From NCBI GenBank assembly GCA_035507575.1, contig DATJNY010000019.1, positions 17,681 through 81,680 on the forward strand: 64,000 bases of DNA. The letters are read 5' to 3'. The position numbers and the translations under genes are program-made. Shown here one piece after another: positions 18,788-27,779 of the stretch. The DNA comes from Thermoplasmata archaeon. Its GTDB lineage: Archaea; Thermoplasmatota; Thermoplasmata; Lutacidiplasmatales; UBA184. How positions within the stretch are numbered: position 1 is the stretch's first letter; each line of letters starts with the position of its first letter. Below the pieces are notes generated by a model. The model saw only the letters and a program-made list of their open reading frames with translations, had not been told where the DNA came from and ran no database searches.

Positions 18788-20365
18788 TCACCGGGGGAGC
18801 GAGCGAAGGTCCTCGCGGATCACTTCGGCCGCGTTGTGGCCCGGTGCGCCGGTGACGCCGCCGCCGGGATGCGCCGCGGATCCGCAGAGGTACATCCCTC
18901 GGATCGGGGTGCGGTACCCTGACCAGCCGAGGATCGGACGGAACGAGAAGATCTGGTCGGGCGCGAGGTTCCCCTGGAAGATGTTCCCGCCGGTCATGCC
19001 GAGCGTGCGCTCGATGTCGAGCGGCGAGACGATCTGCCACTCCTTCACGACCTTGCGGACGTTGGGGGCGTACTCCGCGTACGTGTCGAGGATCCGCTCG
19101 GCCGCTTCCGGCTTGAACTCGTCCCACGTGGTGTCCCGGAGCGCGTAGGGCGCGTACTGGACGAAGCACGTCATGACATGCTTGCCGGCCGGGGCCATCG
19201 ACGGGTCGACGACGCTCTGGATCTCGCAGTCCAGGAACGGGCGCTGCGAGAAGGCGCCGTACTTCGCGTCGTCGAACGCCCGCTCCAGGTACTCCATCGA
19301 CGGGCAGATCTCGATCGCTCCCGCGTGATGGGGGCCGGGGGTCTTCGGCGCCGCAGTGAACTTCGGCAGCCCGTCGAGCCGCGCGTGGAACTTGAGCGCC
19401 GCACCGCGGCTCCGGATGCGTCCGACCGCGCGCACGACCTCCGGAGGGACGGCATCCCGCGGAAGGAGCTCGAGGTACGTGTGCTGCGCGTCGAGGTTCG
19501 AGGCGACCGCCCGGGCCTCGATGAACTCCCCGTTCTCGAGCGTCACGCCCGTCGCCGCGCCGTCGCGGACGTTGACGGCGCGGACGGGGGCGCTGGTGCG
19601 GATCGTCGCGCCGAAGTGGGTGGCCGCCTTCGCCATCGCCTCCGTGAGGCGGCCCATCCCTCCCTTCGAGAACCCCCAGACCCGGCGGAGGCCGTTCAGC
19701 GTGCCGAGGCTGTGGTGGGCGAGCACGTAGGCGGTACCGGGCGTTCGAGGGCCGACCATCTCTCCGATCACGGCGTTCGTGGCGAGCGCGACCTTCAGCT
19801 CGTCCGATTCGAACCACTGGTCGAGGAAGTCCTGGGCGGAGAGGAGGAAGAGGCTCCGGACGAGTTCCTCGACCTCGGGGCCCGGGAACGCCGCGACGAG
19901 GTCGGCGAGCGGGACGGGCGGCGCCAGGAGGAGCGGCTCGACCAGATCGAGGACCCCATCCCAGAACGCCTCGTACTTCGGGTAGGCGCGGGCATCCTTC
20001 TTCGAGAACTTCGCGATCTCGGCCTGGCTCTTCTCGACGTCGTTCCAGAGCGAGAGGCTTCGACCGTCGGGGAACGGGCAGAACGCCTGCGGGTCGTACA
20101 GGATCGGCTCGTAGCCGAACCGGGCCAGCTCGAGCTCCTCCGCGATCTGGGGCCGCAGGAGGCCCGCGACATAGGAGAACGTGTTGACCCGGAAGCCGGG
20201 CCACGGCTCCTCGGTGATCACGGCGCCCCCCACGAACGGGCGCCGCTCCAGGACGACGACCTTCGCCCCCGCCTTCGCGAGATAGCCCGCGGCGACGAGC
20301 CCGTTGTGGCCCCCGCCCACGATCGCGACGTCGAAATCGGCCAACTTCGGCCCCGACCGCGCCAC
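18788..20365 (-). CDS. Phytoene-desaturase-family FAD-dependent oxidoreductase (PYROXD2-like)
   Basis: 'GGGHNGLVAAGYLA', 'ERRPFVGGAVITEE', 'APAGKHV', 'GGNIFQG', 'YLCGSAAHPGGGVTGAPGHNAA'. Confidence 0.85.
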   Translation of the reverse strand: MARSGPKLADFDVAIVGGGHNGLVAAGYLAKAGAKVVVLERRPFVGGAVITEEPWPGFRVNTFSYVAGLLRPQIAEELELARFGYEPILYDPQAFCPFPDGRSLSLWNDVEKSQAEIAKFSKKDARAYPKYEAFWDGVLDLVEPLLLAPPVPLADLVAAFPGPEVEELVRSLFLLSAQDFLDQWFESDELKVALATNAVIGEMVGPRTPGTAYVLAHHSLGTLNGLRRVWGFSKGGMGRLTEAMAKAATHFGATIRTSAPVRAVNVRDGAATGVTLENGEFIEARAVASNLDAQHTYLELLPRDAVPPEVVRAVGRIRSRGAALKFHARLDGLPKFTAAPKTPGPHHAGAIEICPSMEYLERAFDDAKYGAFSQRPFLDCEIQSVVDPSMAPAGKHVMTCFVQYAPYALRDTTWDEFKPEAAERILDTYAEYAPNVRKVVKEWQIVSPLDIERTLGMTGGNIFQGNLAPDQIFSFRPILGWSGYRTPIRGMYLCGSAAHPGGGVTGAPGHNAAEVIREDLRSLPR

Positions 20366-20464
20366 GAAGGGGTGGGATTTAATGGATGGTCGATGCGGCG
20401 TGCCGTCGTCGAAATGGTTGGCCGGGGTCGGGCGATTCCCGACCCCGGCTCGAAGCGTGCCGCG

Positions 20465-20719
20465 CTAGGCCGAAGCCCGTTCGGCGCTCGCCTCGGGGTC
20501 CGTCTCGCTCTCCCCGGGGGTGCCGAACCGTCGCAGGATGCCGGCCAGACGCGCCCGGAGGCCTCCGCCCTTGCGGGCGGGGACCGGCGGCGCTAGCTGG
20601 GCCAGGACCCAGCGGTAGTCCTCGCGCGGGAACTCGCGGGCCGCGAGCTCCCTAGCGTGGAATCCCCCGAGGAACGAGTCCGAGCCCTGACGTGCTTGGA
20701 CGATCTGCCACGTCTGCAT
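20465..20719 (-). CDS. Small hypothetical protein (84 aa)
   Basis: Purine-rich SD-like GAGGAGGGAG just before the ATG, an AT-rich promoter-like region upstream, and it fills an otherwise empty gap. Confidence 0.6.
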   Translation of the reverse strand: MQTWQIVQARQGSDSFLGGFHARELAAREFPREDYRWVLAQLAPPVPARKGGGLRARLAGILRRFGTPGESETDPEASAERASA

Positions 20720-20760
20720 GCTCTCCCTCCTCGGTCATGGTCGAGGCTACGACCCGCGGC

Positions 20761-20850
20761 CGGTATATGAAGGAACCTTTAGCGAGGAAAGAGAAAATCC
20801 ACTATAGACTATGGAAAATTCGCCCGGCCAACGTCATATAATCGAAAATC
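20761..20850. promoter_or_regulatory. AT-rich promoter/operator region upstream of the 84-aa ORF
   Basis: AT-rich stretch in a GC-rich background. GAAAAT occurs at 20793, 20814 and 20844, with TATA-like tatatgaa at 20764. Confidence 0.45.
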
Positions 20851-20917
20851 GACCCGTGTAGCGACTCGGGCTACAACGGGCCGGTTTTCTGGGGAAGGGG
20901 TTGCGCTCCTGTCCGCG

Positions 20918-21583
20918 CTACGGCGGGCTCGCGAGGTGCGCCCAGGCCGCGGTGAAGCCGTAGGAGACCGCGGCGATCCCGGCCAACACGACCGCGACGA
21001 GGAACAGCCCGACCAGGATCCGCCAGAGCCACGGGTAGTCCGGCACGTCCTTCGAGGGGAGGGGGGACGCCTTGGCGTTCGTCGGACCGACGATGAACCA
21101 GTCGATGAACAACGTTGCCGGGAACGCCAGGATCGCCACGCCGCCGAAGGCGAGGTACAGGAGGAACGTCTCGAGGGGGTCGAGGGTCAGGCTGAGCTGG
21201 TAGGCACGGGCGCCGTAGTAGATGATCCCGGATCCCGAGACGGCCGCGACGATGCCGACCAGGTGGGTCGGCAGGCCCTTCCAGACCATCACGCCGAAGC
21301 CGATGAGGACCAGCGCGAGCAGGAACAACGGGTCGAAGAAGAACAGGTCGTACGAGCCGAACTGCGGGGGGATCGGCCAGGTGATCTCGCCCCAGAGGGC
21401 GATGGCGCCGATCGCCACTCCGAGGAGGGCGAGGAATCCGGCGCCGCCTTGGAGGTGGCTCGTCGCCCGCTCGTGGTCCTGCCGGCGGTATTCGTACCAC
21501 ACGCAGAAGGCCGTGTAGAAGATCACGACAGTCACGAGGATCATCAGGTCCAGGATCAGGGTCAGGTCGTCGACGAACACCAT
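20918..21583 (-). CDS. DUF981-family integral membrane protein
   Basis: 'MVFVDDLTL', about 6 TM helices, 'TWPIP..GSYDLFFFDP', C-terminal 'WAHLASPP'. Confidence 0.7.
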   Translation of the reverse strand: MVFVDDLTLILDLMILVTVVIFYTAFCVWYEYRRQDHERATSHLQGGAGFLALLGVAIGAIALWGEITWPIPPQFGSYDLFFFDPLFLLALVLIGFGVMVWKGLPTHLVGIVAAVSGSGIIYYGARAYQLSLTLDPLETFLLYLAFGGVAILAFPATLFIDWFIVGPTNAKASPLPSKDVPDYPWLWRILVGLFLVAVVLAGIAAVSYGFTAAWAHLASPP

Positions 21584-21695
21584 TTTTCTCACTCCGTTGC
21601 TGCGGCTTCCGCCGCCTTAGTCGCTCGACCGAGGACGGGGGGATGAACCTCCCGTCAGGTACAGTTGACGGAGCTCGACCTCGACGCGCGGCGGA

Positions 21696-21715
21696 GGGAG
21701 GAGTGCTCCCGGCGG
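21696..21715. repeat. att-like direct repeat, copy 1 (duplicate of tRNA-Glu 3' end)
   Basis: GGGAGGAGTGCTCCCGGCGG is identical to 27760-27779. Confidence 0.9.
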
Positions 21716-22452
21716 TTTGGGGACGGCGGCCGGGTGAAAGACCGGGGAAGGCGCGAGCCCAAGTGTCTCGGACTGTCCGAGTCGCGGCCCCCCGCCGAGA
21801 TCCCAGGCGAGTGTGGACGTGATTGTTTTGGCGCCACGTCTCCGCGAGCTCGGCGGAGGGAAGTCAGACGAAGGGACCGAGGATCGGCTCGCGAAACTTA
21901 ACCGGGAATCGGTCGATGCTCATCGGAGACGGTGTTCGTTCGAGGGGAGATAGCCATCGCCGTGGGGATGGTCATAGCTCGTTCTGTAGAGATGATTTCG
22001 TCTGTAGCCCCAAATGCCGGATCGGGAATCTTCGAACACAGTGAGCGCGAGTTAGACAAAACGCACGGGAACGTCATCCGGGCCACGCTGCCCGCCCTAG
22101 AGAATCGGCCAGCAAATCCAGACGACGCGCAGGCGATCTCTCGCGTCGATCCGATGCTCGACCTTGTCCACGCCAGCGCAGTGGGGGTCATCTTCCAACA
22201 TGTCATTATGGCACCGGCCGAAGTCGGTTCCTCTCTCCACAGCGGGAGGGTGCTTGAGGCGTCCGGTCCAACACTAGGTGGGGTCCGCGGTCGGCGCGGG
22301 ACCCGCGTTCACGACGCCCGAGCAAGCGCTTCGCGCTCAAAACGACGACGGAACGGACGCCTGGGGTCCGAATCGGACCGTTGCGGGCTCCCCTCGCCCG
22401 CTCCGCTCGCGGGTCCCCTCGCGTTTATGGCCATTCCTGCCGGTAACTCCAC

Positions 22453-23079
22453 GTGCCTTGTCCACCCGAAGCGCCCGAGCGGGAACGCGAGGAGACTGAC
22501 AAGCTCCCACTCGCGTTCGACCTGCACCGGCAATCCGCTGACCGTGTCCGAACCGTGCGGAGTCTTCGAAAGGTGGTAGCACTCCTGATGGGTCTCGTGA
22601 TTGCCCTCCTACTCTCGTTCGTGGCCATCGGAGTAGCACAGGGAGTTTTGGGGTTTCAGTGGGTGGTACTCGTGGTTGTCCTATCTTGCCTCTCCTTCCT
22701 GATCGGGGAGTTCACTCTCGTCATGTGGAAAACCAACCAAGGGGCTGTGGGAGTCGCAATTCTGACTGATGGCTTGGAGTTCGCATGGGCTTCCGGGAAG
22801 ACGGAGGTTCTCCCTTGGAACGGTATCTTTCGAGGGTTCACCTTGTTTGACGACAGCGGAGTGGATCTGATTCGCGCTCACAGTCCCAATCTCTGGGAAC
22901 TGCGGCGGTGGAATCGACCGATCACTTGCCTGTCCAATGATGCGTTCGAGGCGATCATACGCGCCGCCTCGAACCGTGGGGTTGTGGTCCATGAACTCAA
23001 ACTGAGGGCCGGCCTGTTCAGATGGACCCCATCCCGAGCCATCCGATTCTCTTCGCCCGGACCAGCCCCACCGGCGTGA
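22453..23079 (+). CDS. Hypothetical membrane protein (2 TM plus PH-like soluble domain)
   Basis: Two hydrophobic helices, then 'ILTDGLEFAWASGKTEVLPW'. Similar to the ORF at 28012-28683. Start is uncertain. Confidence 0.65.
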   Translation: MPCPPEAPEREREETDKLPLAFDLHRQSADRVRTVRSLRKVVALLMGLVIALLLSFVAIGVAQGVLGFQWVVLVVVLSCLSFLIGEFTLVMWKTNQGAVGVAILTDGLEFAWASGKTEVLPWNGIFRGFTLFDDSGVDLIRAHSPNLWELRRWNRPITCLSNDAFEAIIRAASNRGVVVHELKLRAGLFRWTPSRAIRFSSPGPAPPA

Positions 23080-23377
23080 CTGCAACGCGGGTCCCTCCCG
23101 CGGCACAGCGGATTGCATCCCCATCTTTCCACAAGAAGAACCCCGATGAATACCTTCGAAGCTTTGCTATGATTCCGCTCCGCGACTGCCGATTCAGCGA
23201 CGCTTAACTAGCGAGAGGCACGTCCCCCTTCGAATCCCAACACAGCATATGTTTGCGCACGAGGAGTGCTCAGTCCTAGTCGGACCGGGTACTCTCGTGG
23301 ACCGGTGCGACACGTGCGGTCCCAGGGCGGGGTTGCGTTCGATCGTTGTCGTGCCTCGCTCGCCAGCCGAGTTGAGG

Positions 23378-25381
23378 ATGGAGAGGAGGACATCGGAGTC
23401 CTCTTCACCCTCGGCGGCAGGTCCGACCGAATCGAGTGGAATTGGGTTAAGGCGCAGTCGTAAACGACATCGATCGACACTGTTTCCGATTCTTGTCGCC
23501 CTAGTTATGGTTCTCGGCGGTCTCCTTTACCAAGCTTCCTCTGCCCTGGAACACTTCGAACCATCGGTGCCAAGTGCCGTCCCGGAAGACACTCCGACGC
23601 TTAGTGTTGGTCAGGCGAACCTGGGGGCCGCTCCAATCGGATCCGGTTCGATTCCCGCTTCGACCGCCGCCAGTCGACCTCCTGCTCAGAACATGACCGC
23701 GCGCGACAATTATTGTGAGTACGACTATAGCTATCTCTGTCACGTCTACGTCGGAGATGACTACTCCGGCGAATCTACCACGGTCACGTCTGTCCAGTTC
23801 ACCATGACCATCCCTAACGGGACCCCCGTTGGGTTCGGTGATGAATACTATCTCGAGTTGATGTCAATCTGGGACCAAAAAGATTCCTACGATCAGATAG
23901 GTGTCGCCGACGCTCAAGGGGGCGATTATCCCGGTAACCCTTCTTCGTACTACGGAAGTTGGACAGTATTCTACTCTGCGGGCGAGCACTGCTTTAACGG
24001 AACGCCCGTGTGGAATCCTATCGCGACATCGCTGACACCCGATGACCAATACACGTTCCAAATGTCAGCTCAATCCAGCGGTTACGTGGACTTCGCCGTG
24101 TACTATGGGGCATCGACATCTTCGCTCGATTGGTCGACCTCGGTCGATACCGGTGCGACTTACTTCTACGAGTCCTCCGCGGCACCGAGCTGTTGGGGGG
24201 GATCAGACGAGGGTTTCACGGACTACGAAGAGATGTTGAGTGTTGGGGGAACTGCGCAGCCAGAATGGAACTTCTTCTTCGACAAAAACGAGGCCAACGG
24301 CGTGTCTGTCACCACCTGGAGCACGGTCGCGCCTGACTGCTCGTGGACCGGCGCCTCGCCTCCCGGATATAAACAGTGCATGTCATTGGGCCTGCCCGCG
24401 GTCTGGCCCAATCTAATGGCCTACTCTTCGAACTCGGGGAGCGTTGTCTCGATTTGGAATGAGTGGTTCGTGAACAACCCTGCTCCCACAGTCTGTGTCC
24501 CAAACGAGGGATGGTGTCAGGTTACGATAGCGCGTGGCTCTGACACGGTGCTTTCCGGGACTGTTACTGATGCTTCCCCCTGCAGTCCGGGACCGGGCGG
24601 TGAGTATTCCGCGTTGTGCTCGACCGACATCGACGAGTTCGAGATCATTCAGTTCCCGACGGCACCCACGACTGCCGCGGACTGTTTCGGTTGGGGAGAC
24701 GGTGAGGACTGCTTGTGCCCCACGTCATCGAGCGGCTGGACATGTAGTTTCACCGGGAGCCAGATTGAAAATCCTTCGACGTACCCTCCTCAAAGCGATG
24801 ACGTGGTTCCTGTCTCATACAGTCTCAAGATTAGCGTTCCGTCCTCTGCAGCTTGCGCTGAGAACCTGATTCGGTTGAACGTCACGGACGGAAGTGAACC
24901 CGGGGGATATGCTTGGGGCACCTTCGATTTTGATGTTTACGTCACGGGGTGTAGCGGCGGGGGCGGATGCGTCGCGTCGGGGACGCCGATACTGACGCCG
25001 GAGGGATACCGGCCGGTGCAGGATCTGACCGCTGGGGAGGAAATTGAGGAGTACGACTTCCTTACTCAGAGCCTGACTCGCGGAGCTTTCGTCTCAGGGA
25101 ACTCAACTGGAGTTTCGGAGCTGGTGGACATCAACCATGGCCGGCTCTTGCTGACTCCAACCGAGCAACCAATCTACATCGAGAACGAGACCTTCGTCGG
25201 ATGGCTGCACGATCCCCAAAATCTTACAGTCGGCGACAAGATTTTTGACCCAGTGAATGGCGGCTGGATACCGGTGACGAGCGTCGTCCTTGTTGATCAA
25301 AAGGCCACGGTCTACGATGTGGTAACGAGTGGTTTCAATAATTTCGTCGCTAACGGAGTGTTGCTGGACATCAAGGGCTAG
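23378..25381 (+). CDS. Secreted/membrane-anchored Cys-rich protein with G1 (glutamic) peptidase-like domain and C-terminal Hint domain
   Basis: TM 'LFPILVALVMVLGGLL', 'VTSVQFTMTIP', 'YDQIGV', 'TDYEE'. Hint starts at GGGG|CVASGTPILTPEG (24968) and ends 'VYDV...NNFVANGVLLDIKG'. Confidence 0.8.
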   Translation: MERRTSESSSPSAAGPTESSGIGLRRSRKRHRSTLFPILVALVMVLGGLLYQASSALEHFEPSVPSAVPEDTPTLSVGQANLGAAPIGSGSIPASTAASRPPAQNMTARDNYCEYDYSYLCHVYVGDDYSGESTTVTSVQFTMTIPNGTPVGFGDEYYLELMSIWDQKDSYDQIGVADAQGGDYPGNPSSYYGSWTVFYSAGEHCFNGTPVWNPIATSLTPDDQYTFQMSAQSSGYVDFAVYYGASTSSLDWSTSVDTGATYFYESSAAPSCWGGSDEGFTDYEEMLSVGGTAQPEWNFFFDKNEANGVSVTTWSTVAPDCSWTGASPPGYKQCMSLGLPAVWPNLMAYSSNSGSVVSIWNEWFVNNPAPTVCVPNEGWCQVTIARGSDTVLSGTVTDASPCSPGPGGEYSALCSTDIDEFEIIQFPTAPTTAADCFGWGDGEDCLCPTSSSGWTCSFTGSQIENPSTYPPQSDDVVPVSYSLKISVPSSAACAENLIRLNVTDGSEPGGYAWGTFDFDVYVTGCSGGGGCVASGTPILTPEGYRPVQDLTAGEEIEEYDFLTQSLTRGAFVSGNSTGVSELVDINHGRLLLTPTEQPIYIENETFVGWLHDPQNLTVGDKIFDPVNGGWIPVTSVVLVDQKATVYDVVTSGFNNFVANGVLLDIKG

Positions 25382-25630
25382 AGGCAGGTCGCGTTTTCAC
25401 CTCAAACCTACCATCTTAAGGCGAGTTGGCGACGAGGGTCTGACGCGTTGGGCGCTTAGGTAAAAATGAATCGCCTTCCGGCAGGCCCAGCAAGGCTGAA
25501 TCTTCGATAGACCTAGCGACACGCCAGACATGCGATGGTTACCTCACGCTTGGCAGACCCCGCGCCGAAGCCTATCCATTCATCTCAACCGTCGTCGCGA
25601 GTGATTAGTCGGGGTGAAGCCGACTAGAGG

Positions 25631-27088
25631 CTATCCCCCCGGAATATCTCGTCCTACCGGAGGACTCGCTCCGTCTATGCGACCACGTCGCCACTGAAGG
25701 AGAACCGCCACCCCCGCGATCACCACGCCCGTCGAGATTCCAGGAATCAGAACCAGTTCCAGATACCAAGAGGAAGGAGCTGACTCAGCTCCACTTCCAG
25801 GAAGACCACCCGCGATCACGCTCACGGTGTTCGCATTGAAATCGGGGACGTAGAGGTTCCCGTTCGAGGGGTCGAATGCAGGAGCCAGAGGACTGGAAAG
25901 GACCGAGATTGTCGAAGTCACAGTGTTGGTGTCCCCTGAGATTACGCTCACGGTACCCGAGCTTGAGTTGTCGTTCGAGATGTAGATGTTCCCGTTATCA
26001 GGGTCGTAGACGGGGGACTGCGGGAGCGTCCCTACCGTTACTACTGCGACAACTGAGTTGTTAGACCCAGAGATGACGGTAACGGTACCGCTGGCGAACC
26101 CCCCCGACTGGGACGCTACGTACAGGTCTCCATTGGAGGGATCATAGGTCGGGATACCCGGCGCGGTAGCTCCAAGCGGAATCGTCGCAATGACGGTGTT
26201 CGTCGCCCCAGAGATTACGCTCAAGTGGTTGGTCTGTCCCGAGGTTTCTGCAACCGCCGGAACATAAAGATCGCCATCCCCGCTGTCGTAGGCCGGGGTA
26301 TCGGGAGACCCGCCCACCGGAACTGTGGCGATGATCGTGTTCGATGTCGCCGAGATCACGCTGACGTCATCGTCGTCCATATTCGGCACGTAGAGGTCGC
26401 TGTTGGCGGCGTCATAGGTCGGAGTATCTGGGAAGGCGCCGACGGCGATGGTTGAGATCACCGTGTTCGATGATCCAGAGATCACGCTCAAGTGACCGTC
26501 CTCCTGCGGGGTAACGGCACTCACGGGAACATACAGGTCTTCGTTCCTGCTGACGTAGGTGGGTAGTAGAGGGTATCCACCAACCGGAATCGTGCCCGTG
26601 ACAAGTTCTGTTGTGCCGGAGACGACCGTGACGTTCTCCGAAACCGATAGGGGGGAGATTGCGTACAGATCACCGTTGCCGCCATCGTAAACGACTCCCC
26701 CGGGCGGCCGAAGCAGCGAGATTGTGGCGACAACAGTGTCCGTCGAGCCAGAAATCACGCTGAGGCGCATGGCCCCTACTGTAGGAACGTACACGTTCCC
26801 GTTCGCCCTGTCAAAGACAGGGGCCTCTGGATTAGCTCCCACCGTGACATTCGCGATTACGGTGTTGACACTCGTCGACTCAGAGACGTCCGATTCCATC
26901 GCCAACTTCCGAAAATCTGCGGCATGCCCTGGGGCGGTGTCGACTTGGCGCTGAGGTTGAAGGGGCGCAAGTGGCAGCTGGGCATCCGAGCCCACTCTCT
27001 GTACGTTGAATAGAGGCATGCCCCATGGAACAAGGCCGGCCAAGCATAGTATCGCGGCAACTACGGCGACCGGCAAGAACCGAGTCAT
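25631..27088 (-). CDS. YVTN/YncE-type beta-propeller surface protein with C-terminal TM anchor
   Basis: Signal-like N-terminus, about 8 repeats of 'P..P.YD..NGDLYV....VSVISG..NTVIATI.VG', C-terminal TM followed by 'WRRGR'. Confidence 0.88.
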   Translation of the reverse strand: MTRFLPVAVVAAILCLAGLVPWGMPLFNVQRVGSDAQLPLAPLQPQRQVDTAPGHAADFRKLAMESDVSESTSVNTVIANVTVGANPEAPVFDRANGNVYVPTVGAMRLSVISGSTDTVVATISLLRPPGGVVYDGGNGDLYAISPLSVSENVTVVSGTTELVTGTIPVGGYPLLPTYVSRNEDLYVPVSAVTPQEDGHLSVISGSSNTVISTIAVGAFPDTPTYDAANSDLYVPNMDDDDVSVISATSNTIIATVPVGGSPDTPAYDSGDGDLYVPAVAETSGQTNHLSVISGATNTVIATIPLGATAPGIPTYDPSNGDLYVASQSGGFASGTVTVISGSNNSVVAVVTVGTLPQSPVYDPDNGNIYISNDNSSSGTVSVISGDTNTVTSTISVLSSPLAPAFDPSNGNLYVPDFNANTVSVIAGGLPGSGAESAPSSWYLELVLIPGISTGVVIAGVAVLLQWRRGRIDGASPPVGRDIPGG

Positions 27089-27759
27089 GCGCGCGTTTAG
27101 GAAGAGCATAGAGCCACTTATCAACCATGAGTACCCGCCACATGCACCGTGCCAAAAAACCTGTGTTATGACCCGCGTCTATCGACAGCCGGACCGGCCG
27201 CTTCCGGCAGGAACCGTCATTTTCGCGGAGGGGTCCGCAAGTCCTGTCCTAATCATGAACCACCGTCGAAGGAGGTCTCGCAGCTAGGTCCCCTCTTGGA
27301 CCGGTTTCAATCGATGCTGGGCTAAGAGTGGAGTCGGTTCGGAAGTTCGATCCGGCACACTCGTGCGTATGCTTGTTCGGCGGTACGGGTACCATCGCGC
27401 GAAGGTCGTAGGCACGCGTCTTGAAGATCCCAGTCCCGACGCGTCAGCCCCTCACTTTCAGAGCGGTGAGGGCCATTCCGATTCGCCGCTCACTCTGGTA
27501 GTTGCTCCCCGCGTCCGGGGGCGGCGAGCAACTGGGCAGATGTGACCTGGTCTCGGCCGGAAACGGTAAGCACGAGGGCCTCTCCACGAACCGCCTCGAC
27601 TCTCGGCTCTGTCCCCGCGGAGTGATGAACCACGGACTTTGACACGGCGGACTCGATAGCACCTTGTGCGCTGTACTGCGCGCCGAGGAACAGCCAGACC
27701 GTGGGACCAGGAATCAAACATGGGCTGAATCTCACGAGATCGGCCCGTCGGGGCTGGAC

Positions 27760-27779
27760 GGGAGGAGTGCTCCCGGCGG
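27760..27779. repeat. att-like direct repeat, copy 2 (overlaps tRNA 3' end)
   Basis: Identical 20-mer to 21696-21715. Confidence 0.9.

Larger units (their letters stand above)
21696..27779. mobile_element. About 6.1-kb tRNA-Glu-integrated island with no recognisable integrase
   Basis: Bounded by a 20-bp direct repeat overlapping the tRNA 3' end. Visibly lower GC and different codon usage than the flanks. Confidence 0.8.

Noticed and set aside
18788..20365. Carotenoid biosynthesis (crtI)
   Set aside because: Motifs fit the PYROXD2-like branch and no other crt genes are nearby.
21655..21901. Split (SSV-type) integrase fragments at the att site
   Set aside because: Short ORFs crossing either repeat show no tyrosine-recombinase R...HxxR...Y motifs.
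21932..22579. 215-aa ORF at the island's left end
   Set aside because: The N-terminal half looks plausible, but there is no motif, the tail is low-complexity, and it overlaps the next gene. It cannot be supported as a CDS.
24968..25381. Protein-splicing intein
   Set aside because: No C-extein, no terminal His-Asn and no endonuclease. Treated as a Hedgehog/BIL-type Hint domain.
25860..26870. CRISPR-like periodic DNA repeats (e.g. GAGATTACGCTCA)
   Set aside because: These are degenerate coding repeats of the beta-propeller blades. No CRISPR array or cas gene is seen in the window.
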